Below, in pieces: positions 49,439 to 60,137 of a DNA stretch of 64,000 nucleotides. Each line of letters opens with the position of its first letter. The first letter of the stretch is position 1. The notes beneath the pieces are model-generated. The model saw only the letters and a list, made by a program, of their open reading frames with translations, was not told the origin of the DNA and ran no database searches. The DNA lies in contig OY762428.1 of assembly GCA_963665665.1 (NCBI GenBank), positions 1,216,001 to 1,280,000 on the forward strand, given 5' to 3'. A program made the translations under genes and the position numbers. This DNA is from Candidatus Kapaibacterium sp. (GTDB lineage: Bacteria > Bacteroidota > Ignavibacteria > Kapaibacteriales > UBA2268).

Positions 49439-50197
49439 TTATGCTGCATTTTCATTTTTTATCCAGTCGTAGCCCTTTTCTTCAAGTTCCAGCGCCAGTT
49501 CCTTTGAACCGGATTTAACAATCTTGCCATTATAAAGCACATGAACAAAGTCAGGCACTATATAATCAAGTAATCGCTGGTAGTGAGTAATTACCACGAA
49601 GCCGTTTTTGTCGTTTTTCAGTTTATTAACTCCGTTTGCTACAATCCTCAGCGCGTCGATATCAAGCCCCGAGTCAGTTTCATCCAGTATTCCTACTGTT
49701 GGTTCCAGCATTGCCATCTGGAATATTTCATTCCTTTTTTTCTCGCCCCCGGAAAAGCCTTCGTTAACTGAGCGGCGCAGGAATTTATCATCCATTTCAA
49801 CTAAGGATGCTTTCTGTTTCATAAGCTGGAGAAAGTCCATGGCGTCAAGCGGATCAAGGCCGCGAAATTTCCTTACTTCATTTACTGCTGTTTTCATAAA
49901 ATTAGCATTTGACACTCCGGGAATTTCCATCGGGTACTGGAATGCCAGGAAAAGGCCTGATCTTGCCCTGTCCTCGGCAGGCATATCAAGCAGCTCTTTA
50001 TCGTCAAATGTTACCGAGCCGGCAGTAACTTCATATTCTTCTTTTCCTGCCAAAACCGAAGCCAGGGTGCTTTTTCCCGAACCGTTCGGCCCCATAATGG
50101 CGTGTATCTCGCCGGGATTTACCTCAAGGTTTATACCGTTCAATATTTGATTGTCGCCAATTTTAGCGTGCAGGTCTTTTATGCTTATTAATGACAT
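49439..50197 (-). CDS. sufC: Fe-S assembly ATPase SufC
   Basis: [50 protein letters not shown]. Confidence 0.97.
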   Translation of the reverse strand: MSLISIKDLHAKIGDNQILNGINLEVNPGEIHAIMGPNGSGKSTLASVLAGKEEYEVTAGSVTFDDKELLDMPAEDRARSGLFLAFQYPMEIPGVSNANFMKTAVNEVRKFRGLDPLDAMDFLQLMKQKASLVEMDDKFLRRSVNEGFSGGEKKRNEIFQMAMLEPTVGILDETDSGLDIDALRIVANGVNKLKNDKNGFVVITHYQRLLDYIVPDFVHVLYNGKIVKSGSKELALELEEKGYDWIKNENAA

Positions 50198-50306
50198 CTT
50201 CTACTCTCTTTAAATATTTATAATTTATATTCTCGTTTATTTTTTCGGTGAAGCTTTTAGCTACACCCGGATTTTGTAATTTGGGTAACAATTAAAGTTA
50301 CTCCTG

Positions 50307-51752
50307 CTATCCGACGCTTCCTTCAAGGCTAACCGCAAGAAGTTTCTGTGCTTCCACGGCAAATTCCATAGGCAGTTGGTTCAGCACTTCTTTGGCATAG
50401 CCGTTTACGATCATTCCCACAGCATCCTCGGTTGAAATACCTCTTTGGTTGAAATAAAAGAGGATATCATCGGATATTTTCGAGGTTGTGGCTTCATGTT
50501 CCACCATTGCTGATTTATTTGTAGATTCAATATAAGGGAATGTATGCGCACCGCATTTGTCGCCAATCAGAAGAGAATCGCACTGGGAATAATTTTTGGC
50601 ATTCTCTGCTTTTTTATTAATACTTACAAGTCCGCGATAGCTGTTCTGGCTTAGCCCGGCGGAAATACCTTTTGAAACTATTCTTGATTTTGTGTTTTTA
50701 CCGAGGTGTATCATTTTTGTTCCCGTATCTGCCTGCTGATGGTTATTGGTCATAGCAACAGAGTAGAATTCGCCAACCGAATTATCGCCTTTCAGTATGC
50801 ATCCAGGGTATTTCCATGTTACCGATGAACCTGTTTCCACCTGTGTCCAGGAGATTTTTGAATTATCGCCTTCGCATATTCCGCGTTTTGTTACAAAATT
50901 ATATATTCCGCCTTTGCCTTCCTTGTCTCCGGGGTACCAGTTCTGCACTGTTGAATATTTTATTTCAGCATCCTTGTGCGCTACAAGTTCCACAACTGCG
51001 GCGTGAAGCTGATTCTCATCCCTCATTGGTGCAGTACACCCCTCAAGGTAGCTAACATAAGCGCCTTCCTCTGCAATTATTAATGTTCTTTCAAACTGGC
51101 CTGTCGAGGCGGCGTTTATCCTGAAATATGTGGAAAGCTCCATTGGCGAACGTACTCCTTTGGGAATATATACAAAGGAACCGTCTGAAAACACGGCCGA
51201 ATTCAAAGCGGCAAAGTAATTATCCGTTACCGGTACCACGCTGCCGATATATTTTTCCACCAGGTCAGGATGCTTTTGCAAGGCCTCGCTGATAGGCATG
51301 AAAATAATACCTGCTTTTGACAATGTATCTTTAAAAGTAGTTGCAACAGATACGCTGTCAAGAACTGCATCAACAGCCACGCCGGCAAGTTTTTTCTGCT
51401 CATCGAGAGGAATACCCAGTTTATTGAATGTTTCAATCAGTTCAGGATCAACGTCGTCCATACTTTTCGGGCCTTCCTTTTTTACCGGGGCGGCATAATA
51501 ATACGCATCCTGGTAATTAATAGGAGGATACTTTACTTTTGCCCAATCCGGCTCTTTCATTTTCTGCCACTGGCGGAATGCCTTTAAACGCCAGTTCAAC
51601 ATGAATTCCGGTTCGTTCTTCTTTTGCGATATGAACCTGACAATATCTTCGTTCAGGCCTTTAGGAGCAAATTCCTGCTCAATATTTGATACGAAGCCGT
51701 GCTCGTATTCTTTATTTGCCAGTTCATCTAATATTTTTTTTTCATCACTCAT
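50307..51752 (-). CDS. sufB: Fe-S assembly protein SufB
   Basis: [50 protein letters not shown]. Confidence 0.97.
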   Translation of the reverse strand: MSDEKKILDELANKEYEHGFVSNIEQEFAPKGLNEDIVRFISQKKNEPEFMLNWRLKAFRQWQKMKEPDWAKVKYPPINYQDAYYYAAPVKKEGPKSMDDVDPELIETFNKLGIPLDEQKKLAGVAVDAVLDSVSVATTFKDTLSKAGIIFMPISEALQKHPDLVEKYIGSVVPVTDNYFAALNSAVFSDGSFVYIPKGVRSPMELSTYFRINAASTGQFERTLIIAEEGAYVSYLEGCTAPMRDENQLHAAVVELVAHKDAEIKYSTVQNWYPGDKEGKGGIYNFVTKRGICEGDNSKISWTQVETGSSVTWKYPGCILKGDNSVGEFYSVAMTNNHQQADTGTKMIHLGKNTKSRIVSKGISAGLSQNSYRGLVSINKKAENAKNYSQCDSLLIGDKCGAHTFPYIESTNKSAMVEHEATTSKISDDILFYFNQRGISTEDAVGMIVNGYAKEVLNQLPMEFAVEAQKLLAVSLEGSVG

Positions 51753-51778
51753 TTATATACCTGTAATTAAATTCAAAA

Positions 51779-52192
51779 TCATTTCCGGGCGAATCCGGCA
51801 AGCTCTTTGATAGTAGTGGATTCAAAAATATTATCAATCTTTTTTTGAATGTGTCCCATCGGAGTTCTAATAGTGCAGTCTTCCACGCGCCCGCAGGAAT
51901 CTTTACCGTCCTTGAAGCACTGAACAATACCGATTCTCTGCTCAACTGCACGAATAATATCAGCAATGGAAATTTTTTCAGGTTTATCGCCAAGAATGTA
52001 TCCCCCGCGAATGCCCTGTAAAGATTCTACAAGGCCTTTCTTGTTTAATAATTGCATCGTTTTGGAAAGAAAATCGAATGATATATTCAATTTCTCGGAC
52101 ATCTCTTTCACTGAGGTTTTTGCCTCGTCTTTTTCGGCCATATATTGCAGGGCCAATATTGCGTATTCCACTTTTTTTGATAACCTGAACAT
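51779..52192 (-). CDS. Rrf2 family transcriptional regulator (IscR-like, 3 Cys)
   Basis: LSKKVEYA, S.QG..GGY.L, C-X7-C-X5-C; heads the suf operon. Confidence 0.9.
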   Translation of the reverse strand: MFRLSKKVEYAILALQYMAEKDEAKTSVKEMSEKLNISFDFLSKTMQLLNKKGLVESLQGIRGGYILGDKPEKISIADIIRAVEQRIGIVQCFKDGKDSCGRVEDCTIRTPMGHIQKKIDNIFESTTIKELAGFARK

Positions 52193-52237
52193 CTTGTTTC
52201 CCGTAATAAAATAAACTCATTTCACAAGACGGAAAAC

Positions 52238-52262
52238 AAATAGGACTATTGCAATCTTATTT
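52238..52262. promoter_or_regulatory. Putative Rrf2 operator palindrome
   Basis: AAATAGGACT-ATTGC-AATCTTATTT (8/10 inverted match) 46 bp upstream of the Rrf2 start. Confidence 0.55.
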
Positions 52263-52796
52263 TAATTGATTTTTATAAATTATGCGTATGGCATTCAGCG
52301 CTAAAATAATGAATTTCCTTATATGTTCCATATATTAATATTTGTTCCAAAAATTGTTTCATTTATTGTGGTTGAGTTTTTTTTTAAATCCTGACAAGTA
52401 ATATAGTTATAAAAATAGAAATACTTGTGAAAAATATTTAAGAGTATTTATTTTTTTCTTGCTTTTTTATTTTCTTTTAATTAACTTTATTCAAATTCAT
52501 ATTTCGAATTGAAAACAGTGGAGTCAATGCTTTTATTAAGCCAATGCTTTTATTAAGCCAATATTATTGGAGGTTGAGATGAACAGAAGCCCGTAGCAGA
52601 AAATTATCCCTATGACAGCAATAATAAAAAGGCCGGGGAAAGCCCCGACCCCACATTGACTCTACGTTCCAGCCAAAGGAATATTATAGAGGACAATGTG
52701 CCTTGTTTTTCAGACGCTCTTGCGTTTGCTGTATTGCTTTGCAGTAAATGCAATGAAATTTTCAAAAAATGTAAAAATAATAAAATAGTGTGATAT

Positions 52797-53423
52797 ATGA
52801 AAAAGACTATATTTTTAGTATTTGCAGTATTAGTACTTTCGTTTAGTTTAAGTCAGGCGCAGGATCCTTGTGCGGCTTGTCTGGCGCCTAAAACATGCGG
52901 TATTGCAGATATCGGATCAATGATACCGGGTTGTCCTAATGCCAAAGCAGTTATTTGTTTTTATTGTGCTCCCACGCAGCCAATTATGAATGTAGAGGTT
53001 TTGGAAATATCCGGAATTTGTCCGGGATACGAAGATGCCTGTTGGGATGCTGTTTGGCCCTGGGTTTTGGAAAACCAGACAGAATTATGCGGCCAGGTAA
53101 ATTGTGAAAACGGTTCAAACCTTATAACTATAATAGAGCCACTTTGCTGGGACAAAATGTGGGACGGACAAACTATAACTTTAACACATAACTACTGGTC
53201 ATGTGATTTGCGCTGTGTAAAAGTTGTAGAATCATGCTACTGTACATGTACGCCTTCATGTTGGGTGCCTGATTGCGAATCACATATGGAACAAACAGTA
53301 ATAAGCGTCGAAGTTGTTGGAGCCGGTGAATGTGATGAACCTTCAAAACTTGCACAACCTGGAATTCCATGGACTGAAAGTGAAACTTGTATTTCTGTTG
53401 GAGAATGTAAAGCCGATGAATAA
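52797..53423 (+). CDS. Cys-rich secreted protein of unknown function
   Basis: Signal peptide ending SQA; 21 Cys in 187 mature residues. Confidence 0.85.
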   Translation: MKKTIFLVFAVLVLSFSLSQAQDPCAACLAPKTCGIADIGSMIPGCPNAKAVICFYCAPTQPIMNVEVLEISGICPGYEDACWDAVWPWVLENQTELCGQVNCENGSNLITIIEPLCWDKMWDGQTITLTHNYWSCDLRCVKVVESCYCTCTPSCWVPDCESHMEQTVISVEVVGAGECDEPSKLAQPGIPWTESETCISVGECKADE

Positions 53424-53437
53424 TTTGTAAAAAAAAC

Positions 53438-53466
53438 TCATCCGATCACTCTAAGTGATCGGATGA
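53438..53466. repeat. REP-like palindrome, copy 2
   Basis: TCATCCGATCACT-CTA-AGTGATCGGATGA, perfect 13-bp stem. Confidence 0.85.
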
Positions 53467-53498
53467 ATTATAAATATTATAAACCAGGGAAAAAAACT

Positions 53499-55940
53499 AT
53501 GAAAAAATATATTATTGTATTATTTGTTTTAGTAGTATTCAGCGCCCGAGCCGAAACCTTCAACCTGATGCCACTGAAAATTCATTATCTCGGGGCTGTT
53601 GGAGCGGGGGATAATATTATTTCTTACGGAACTAACGGGGCTTACCTGCTTTCGACTGATAAAGGGCAAAGCTGGGAGCAGCGAAGCCTGAATAATTTCG
53701 GGCAGATAAATCATATTATAAATTTTAAAGATACTCTATGGGGAGTGGTAAATAACGGCTATATTATCAGTTCAACTGATAATGGCTTGCATTGGAATGA
53801 ATATAATTTTTCGATTGATACTGCCGACAGGCTAATTAATATTATAGTAAATGATAACCATTTATTTATCCGCAGTCTTAAAAATATTTATCTCTTGGAT
53901 AAGAACAAACAAATAGTTAAAACTTACACCAATGACCTGATAGAAATTATGAAATATAATAACTGCATAATAAATGATTCATCAATATATTATGAAAACT
54001 ATTATGATTATTTTTTTGGTTTTCTAAACGACAATTTGGTAATTAATACAAAACCGGGAAATAACAATTTCATTGTTTTAGATAAAAGTCTATCAGTTAT
54101 TAAAACAATTAATCTTGAAGAAAATATCAAGGTTGGATCACCCTGGTATTACGATATATATAATATCTTTGAAGTATCAGGAGAGAATATATTCAATATA
54201 GGCGCGCAACTTTACCGGGTAAATGATGATTTTAGCTCATTCGAATATTTTTTTAAAGATAAAACATTCATGAATTTTAATGACAGCAATTATTATAAAC
54301 GCAGATATGTTAATCCTAATAGTTATTTCTCTTTCAACAATGAATTATATGCTTTACGCAATGAAGATGATACTATTACCTACAACGATAAGTTAATAAT
54401 AAAAAAACATTATTGTACTAAACAGGATACGTTTATTTCGTTTAATAACTATTTTATAGATAATTATGCAACAAAATATTTTCAAGCTGGCGGTTTCACC
54501 AATAGTGGTTTAGTAAATAATTTAATAAATAATGGCGTTCAATTAATTGAGGATTCCCTGGTTTTTTTGAATGGATTAAAAAAGGAAATCATTTTTACAA
54601 GCGACCTTGGCAAAAGCTGGAATTTGGTTTCATACCTGACTGGCGCTCCTGTCGCAATTATTAACGATTCCTCTTATATTTTTCACAATGATAAGAAATA
54701 TTCAAGAAGTAATTTCAACGAAATATGCAGAAGTAACGACTATGGCTCAACTTTCCTGCCTATGTATCAATGCGAAGACTGTTCTTATACTATTCGAGGA
54801 TTAACTTATCCGTCAGTATTCTATATTAATGAAGCAGGAGAAGGATTTCTTGCAGCATCAAAAGATCAATCAACCGATACAAATAATCTGGCGCTGTTGA
54901 CAGACGGGTGCAGTAAATATAAAATGATTACTCTTCCAAGAAGTTCTTATAACGCGACCAAAATTTATAAAGGGAGTAATGTGATTGATCTTGACGGGCA
55001 TTATATGTTTTCAACAAGCAGTATTCAAACCAGACCGGGATATATCCTATACTTCACTGATAAAAATTTTGAGAATTTCAGGTATATAACTTATGATTCT
55101 CTATTCTATGTTCATCATATTTTGGCGGAAGAATTTGAGAATTTCCTTATGTTTTGCTCCGTGAAAGAAGACAGGGATCATAACTTCTCAAGTTTCGAGG
55201 TTTACGAAACAAATGACAGCGGCAAAACCAAATCGTCTATTTGCAAAATTGATGATTCATTAGCTGTTAACCAGATATACGAGCTGAACAAGGATTCTGT
55301 TTTCTTTGCAGCTACATATCCCGCACGAATACTGATGTACGACAGGAAGCGCAATACATTCGATAATCTTTACGAAAACGCAGAACTGGACAGCATTTTC
55401 TTTATGGAACTTAGCGGGAATTTCTACATTCTCGGCGAGGAGCTTTTCCTTGAAAATACTGACAGAAACGACCTGACGAAATGGGAGGAAGCAGATTGGG
55501 ACTACGGACGGCCGTCATTTACATCAGTGATATTCAAGGGCAATGTGGCTCTCGTCGGGCTAAGTGACAGCCTGCGCCCCTTCAACTATTACCGCATGAT
55601 GACAGAAGAACACGCCCCGGTAGGGGTTGAAATACAAGCCGAGAAGCTTTACTACACTAATCATTTCTATGCAGGGAATCCATATCCCTTGCCGGGCCGC
55701 AACCTGATAAAAACATTTGTAACATATGACAAAAGCTTCGACCTTGAAGAATCAATATTAGGGGTTTACGATCTATCCGGCGAACAGGTACAAAACAAAG
55801 AACATATCGAAATAAATTGGCTGAACAAAGCCTCGGCTGAATTTATCTGGAACTGTTCGGCTGTTCCCTCGGGCATTTACTTCATCCTCGTCCGCCACAA
55901 CGGCATCACGGATAGTATTCCGATAGTAGTGGAGAAGTAG
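53499..55940 (+). CDS. Asp-box (BNR) beta-propeller protein with T9SS-CTD-like tail
   Basis: Signal peptide; STDKGQSW, STDNGLHW, SDLGKSW, SNDYGSTF; C-terminal PYPLP..VYDLSG..PSGIYFILV..IVVEK. Confidence 0.85.
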   Translation: MKKYIIVLFVLVVFSARAETFNLMPLKIHYLGAVGAGDNIISYGTNGAYLLSTDKGQSWEQRSLNNFGQINHIINFKDTLWGVVNNGYIISSTDNGLHWNEYNFSIDTADRLINIIVNDNHLFIRSLKNIYLLDKNKQIVKTYTNDLIEIMKYNNCIINDSSIYYENYYDYFFGFLNDNLVINTKPGNNNFIVLDKSLSVIKTINLEENIKVGSPWYYDIYNIFEVSGENIFNIGAQLYRVNDDFSSFEYFFKDKTFMNFNDSNYYKRRYVNPNSYFSFNNELYALRNEDDTITYNDKLIIKKHYCTKQDTFISFNNYFIDNYATKYFQAGGFTNSGLVNNLINNGVQLIEDSLVFLNGLKKEIIFTSDLGKSWNLVSYLTGAPVAIINDSSYIFHNDKKYSRSNFNEICRSNDYGSTFLPMYQCEDCSYTIRGLTYPSVFYINEAGEGFLAASKDQSTDTNNLALLTDGCSKYKMITLPRSSYNATKIYKGSNVIDLDGHYMFSTSSIQTRPGYILYFTDKNFENFRYITYDSLFYVHHILAEEFENFLMFCSVKEDRDHNFSSFEVYETNDSGKTKSSICKIDDSLAVNQIYELNKDSVFFAATYPARILMYDRKRNTFDNLYENAELDSIFFMELSGNFYILGEELFLENTDRNDLTKWEEADWDYGRPSFTSVIFKGNVALVGLSDSLRPFNYYRMMTEEHAPVGVEIQAEKLYYTNHFYAGNPYPLPGRNLIKTFVTYDKSFDLEESILGVYDLSGEQVQNKEHIEINWLNKASAEFIWNCSAVPSGIYFILVRHNGITDSIPIVVEK

Positions 55941-55957
55941 AAAGAGAATGAAACAAC

Positions 55958-55986
55958 TCATCCGACCACTTGAAGTGATCGGATGA
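55958..55986. repeat. REP-like palindrome, copy 3
   Basis: TCATCCGACCACT-TGA-AGTGATCGGATGA between convergent genes. Confidence 0.85.
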
Positions 55987-56001
55987 ATATTATCAGTTAG
56001 T

Positions 56002-58056
56002 TTACTTTTCAATTCTGATCCTGGCATCCACGGCAGTTACTTTATCTTTTGTGCCGAGGAGCGGGTTCAGGTCAAGCTCCATAATTTCAGGAGCAGCTTT
56101 CAGCAGGGCAGAAAGCTGTACGATGATATCTGCAAATTTATCCTCGTTAACGCCTTCCTGACCGCGAACACCTTTTATAAGGCCATAAGCTTTGATATTG
56201 CGTATCATATAAAGGGCCTCTTCCTTGCCAAGCGGTGCAAGGCCGGGCATAACGTCTTTCAGTACTTCAATAAATATCCCGCCAAGGCCGCTCAGCACTA
56301 AGTGTCCGAAATCTTTCTCGTGGTTAGCTCCAACAAAAAGTTCCCTGCCTTTAAGCATTGGTTGCAGCAGAACGCCTTCAGCTCCTTCAATTTCCATCAT
56401 TCTTGAATAAGCACCGAGTACTGCTCCTTCACTGTTCAGATTCAGTTCCACACCACCAACATCGGATTTGTGAACCGGGCCAACAACTTTCATTACAAGT
56501 GGAAAGCCAATTTCATGAGCAGCATCAAGAACTTCTATCTTGTTGGAAGCCGTAAGCTCTTTTGCCCTTGAAATACCCGCAGCATCAAGCAAAGCCTGAA
56601 TCTTTTCGGGCTGCAGGTAGCCATCCCCGGAATTTTCAATAATATTTCTTATACTTTCATTGTCAACTTTTGGAAGCTCTGTATCCTCAGCCGGTTTCGG
56701 TGTGTGGTATATTTTTGTCAGAGCACGTCCCATATCCACTTCGTCAGGAATATTGGTGCCCCCAAGGTCAAGGAAATGATCAGTTGCTTCTTTGGCTTCA
56801 ACAATCGAAGGCAGCACGGGATAAATTGGTTTTTTACATGTATTTATCTTTTCCCATAATACGTCGTAAACCGGGCTTACATCAAACATTCCGGGAGTAC
56901 CGAAGATCACAACAGAAGCATCAATATTATCGAATTTATCATCTACGAAATCAAGAATTATTCCAAGCTGTTCGGCATTTCCGGTAGCAAGAAAATCAAT
57001 GGGATTAGCCACTGAAGAACCATGGTATAGTTTCTCAAGTAGTTCCTCTGCTGCCGGGCCCTGAATGTGCGGCACTTCCAAACCACCCTTGGACAAAGCA
57101 TCTGTAAGCATAACACCAGGCCCGCCGGCATGGGTAATAACTGCAATGCGTTTTCCTGTAAGTTCCTTGTATTGGAATACTGCGGCTACCTGAAGGAGTT
57201 CATTCCTGGAATAGCAGCGAACAATCCCTGCCTTGCGAAATAGTGCATCAACGGCAACATCGCTTCCGGCAAGAGCCCCTGTATGAGAAGAAACAGCCCT
57301 TGAACCGGCATCTGTTGTTCCGGATTTCAGCGCGGCAATACGGCAGCCCTTCCGTATGAGTGACCTGGTATGTTTCAGGAATGCTTCAGGATTGTGAATT
57401 TGTTCAATATATATAATTTTTGTTTTTGAACTTGTTTCGGGGTCAAAAGTTTCGTCCCAGTATTTGATTACTTCTTCAACCCCTATCTGAGCGCTGTTCC
57501 CTACGGAATACAAAGAAGCGAATTTCAGGCCGTTAGGTATGGCTGCTTCAAGAATAAAGCAGGCTGTTGCCCCTGAACCAGTCACAAAATCACATCCTTT
57601 GGGGTCAAGTTTGGGTATTGGGCCTGCAAAAGTACCTTTGTATGCCGGAGTAAGAACACCTATACAATTAGGCCCTATCAAGGATCCGTTAACATCATTA
57701 ACTATCGAAACCATCCTGTCCTCAAGCTCTTTTCCGGCCGGGCTGGTTTCGCTAAAACCTGCAGACAATACAATAAAAGCCTTGGTGCCTTTGTTCCTGG
57801 CAAGGTATTCCATCGTATCCGGAATATATTTTGCAGCAATAGCAATAATTGCAAGGTCTGCCTGTTCAATACCTTCAGGAGTTTTAGCACAGGGTATTCC
57901 CTGTACTTCTGTTTCCTTGGGATTGATAGCCGAAACCTTACCTGCAAAACCACCGTCAAGAATATTTTTCAGGGCTTTTCCGCCCGGTTTTTCAACATCA
58001 TTGGAAGCTCCTACCACAACAATGCTTCCTGGTTCAAGCAATTCCTTTACTATCAT
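56002..58056 (-). CDS. ADP-forming acetate/acyl-CoA ligase (fused alpha-beta, ATP-grasp)
   Basis: VVGAS, SAGFSE, GPNCIG, SHTGALAG phospho-His, NPID, HKSDVGGV, ELDLNPL..AVDARI. Confidence 0.93.
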   Translation of the reverse strand: MIVKELLEPGSIVVVGASNDVEKPGGKALKNILDGGFAGKVSAINPKETEVQGIPCAKTPEGIEQADLAIIAIAAKYIPDTMEYLARNKGTKAFIVLSAGFSETSPAGKELEDRMVSIVNDVNGSLIGPNCIGVLTPAYKGTFAGPIPKLDPKGCDFVTGSGATACFILEAAIPNGLKFASLYSVGNSAQIGVEEVIKYWDETFDPETSSKTKIIYIEQIHNPEAFLKHTRSLIRKGCRIAALKSGTTDAGSRAVSSHTGALAGSDVAVDALFRKAGIVRCYSRNELLQVAAVFQYKELTGKRIAVITHAGGPGVMLTDALSKGGLEVPHIQGPAAEELLEKLYHGSSVANPIDFLATGNAEQLGIILDFVDDKFDNIDASVVIFGTPGMFDVSPVYDVLWEKINTCKKPIYPVLPSIVEAKEATDHFLDLGGTNIPDEVDMGRALTKIYHTPKPAEDTELPKVDNESIRNIIENSGDGYLQPEKIQALLDAAGISRAKELTASNKIEVLDAAHEIGFPLVMKVVGPVHKSDVGGVELNLNSEGAVLGAYSRMMEIEGAEGVLLQPMLKGRELFVGANHEKDFGHLVLSGLGGIFIEVLKDVMPGLAPLGKEEALYMIRNIKAYGLIKGVRGQEGVNEDKFADIIVQLSALLKAAPEIMELDLNPLLGTKDKVTAVDARIRIEK

Positions 58057-58354
58057 TTCTCTTCCGATCTATTATCATTCAACAAATAATTTTTCCGGAC
58101 TTGTTTATCAAAAGCAAACAAAACAAGACTTATAAAGATAAGAAATTTGCTGCTTTTTGGGAAGGTATTTGAAGGTTTTTCAGGATTATGATTTTGGAAA
58201 ATTTTTATCAATGAGCATAAAACACAATTTTTATTAACCGCTAACCGTGTTTATTAATAATAGCGATGATTGTTGAAAGATTAATTTTGTTATTATTGAA
58301 AAACAATGGTAATTTTAATTTAGGAAATTAGATGTAATTTAATACGGTTTGCAG

Positions 58355-59794
58355 ATGAGTTTAACAGGATACGATAATGATGCGGGAAAAAATGAATCTT
58401 TTGACGATATGGAAGAAAAGCTCAGGAGGTTCAGGAAAGAACTGAAAAAGAAAGATCCGGAAGATATTGAACTTCCGGGGCTTGATATGGTAGAGGGGCT
58501 GGTTCAATATTGCATCGATAAAGAAAAATTCGACGATGCCTTTAACTTTTGCAAACTCTGGCTTGAATACATCCCGTTTTCAGCCGAAGCTCTTCAAAAA
58601 ATGGGCCTTATTCTTACAAACCTTGAAGAATATTCTGTTGCCCTGGATTATTACGACCAGGCATTGAACTATAATCCTACCGACGTGGAAACCCTGATAA
58701 ACAAAGCTACCACTCTGGATCAGGCAACAAGATCAACAGAAGCCCTGGTAGTTATCAACCAGGCTTTAAGCTATGACCCGTCAAATTTTGATGCTTTACT
58801 ACAAAAAGGAATTATTCTGGAGGCTCTGGACAACTTTGATGAAGCTATTCAGATTTTCGAATATATTTCAGGTGACAGTTCATACAGAAAAACTGCCTAT
58901 CAGGAAATTGCATATAGCTTCAACAACAACCGAAAATTCTCCAAAGCAGCTGAATATTACAAAAAAGCAATCGACGAAGAGCCATTTGATTCGAATCTGT
59001 GGCATAATCTTGGGGCTGTTTATAACGAGATGAAGCAATATTACAAAGCTATTGAATGTTATGATATGGCTATTGCTATCAGGGATGAATTTTTTCTGGC
59101 CCATTACAACAAAGCAAATGCCTACTCATTACTCGGCAGGATGGGTGATTCGCAAATTGCTTATGAACGTGCCCTGGAAATAAAACCGGATGATGTGGAT
59201 GCCCTTACTAACTATGCCGGAGTTCTTGGGGATACCGGAAATTACAATAATGCCATAAGATTCTTTTCTCTTGCTATTGATTATGATCCTGCAAGATTTC
59301 AGGCATATTTCGGCAGAGCTATATGCCACGATGCCCTTGAGGATTTCCCGAAGGCTATCAAAGATTACAAGGCTGCACTTCACCTTAGCCCCATGCAGAT
59401 TGATATATGGTATGCATTGGCAGATGCACTTTATAATTATGACAAACCCGAAGATGCGCTGTTTTGCTATAAAAAAGTAATTGAACTGAAACCAAACAAT
59501 GTTGAAGCTCTTTATGATTACGCATCAACATTATATGAAATAAACCGCACTGAAGATTCAATTTCGATTTTCCGCCAGATAATTGAACTGTCACCTAATT
59601 GGGCAGAAGGGTATTACTGCCTTGCCCGCTCACTCGCTAAGGAAGGTATGTTCGATGAGTCATTAAGATTTATGGTTGAAGCTATTAAGCTTGAACCCGA
59701 AAAGATCAACGAATTCAGGGTTGATTTTAGTGAAATTCTTGACCGCCGCGAAATGACAATAATGGAGAATGCCATAAAACCGGTTGATGAGTAG
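58355..59794 (+). CDS. Tetratricopeptide repeat protein
   Basis: Successive 34-aa W/Y..G......A...Y..A....P repeats; ATG at 58355. Confidence 0.9.
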   Translation: MSLTGYDNDAGKNESFDDMEEKLRRFRKELKKKDPEDIELPGLDMVEGLVQYCIDKEKFDDAFNFCKLWLEYIPFSAEALQKMGLILTNLEEYSVALDYYDQALNYNPTDVETLINKATTLDQATRSTEALVVINQALSYDPSNFDALLQKGIILEALDNFDEAIQIFEYISGDSSYRKTAYQEIAYSFNNNRKFSKAAEYYKKAIDEEPFDSNLWHNLGAVYNEMKQYYKAIECYDMAIAIRDEFFLAHYNKANAYSLLGRMGDSQIAYERALEIKPDDVDALTNYAGVLGDTGNYNNAIRFFSLAIDYDPARFQAYFGRAICHDALEDFPKAIKDYKAALHLSPMQIDIWYALADALYNYDKPEDALFCYKKVIELKPNNVEALYDYASTLYEINRTEDSISIFRQIIELSPNWAEGYYCLARSLAKEGMFDESLRFMVEAIKLEPEKINEFRVDFSEILDRREMTIMENAIKPVDE

Positions 59795-60137
59795 GAATAT
59801 TAAATCCGGTTGGCAATCCAGGTTTTATCACTCAATATTTGTTTGTATAAAACTAAATTTATCAGATTACACAGTTCTGTTTTAATTATTGCAATTGCCT
59901 GTACTGCATTTATTGCCCGGAAATTGTTATTAAAATCCTTGGGATGATGCAATTTTTCTTTCAATGATTATTATTCAACTATTATTCTTATTTTTGAGAG
60001 ATGTTTTATCTGATAAATTTGGATAAAATTAAAAAAAGGGGTTAATGTATTTTTAGTTTTGTGGATTCATCACGCTATTCAAATATATTGGCGTTACGAA
60101 CGACAAAGTAAATATAGTTTGTAATCAGAGAGTTATT

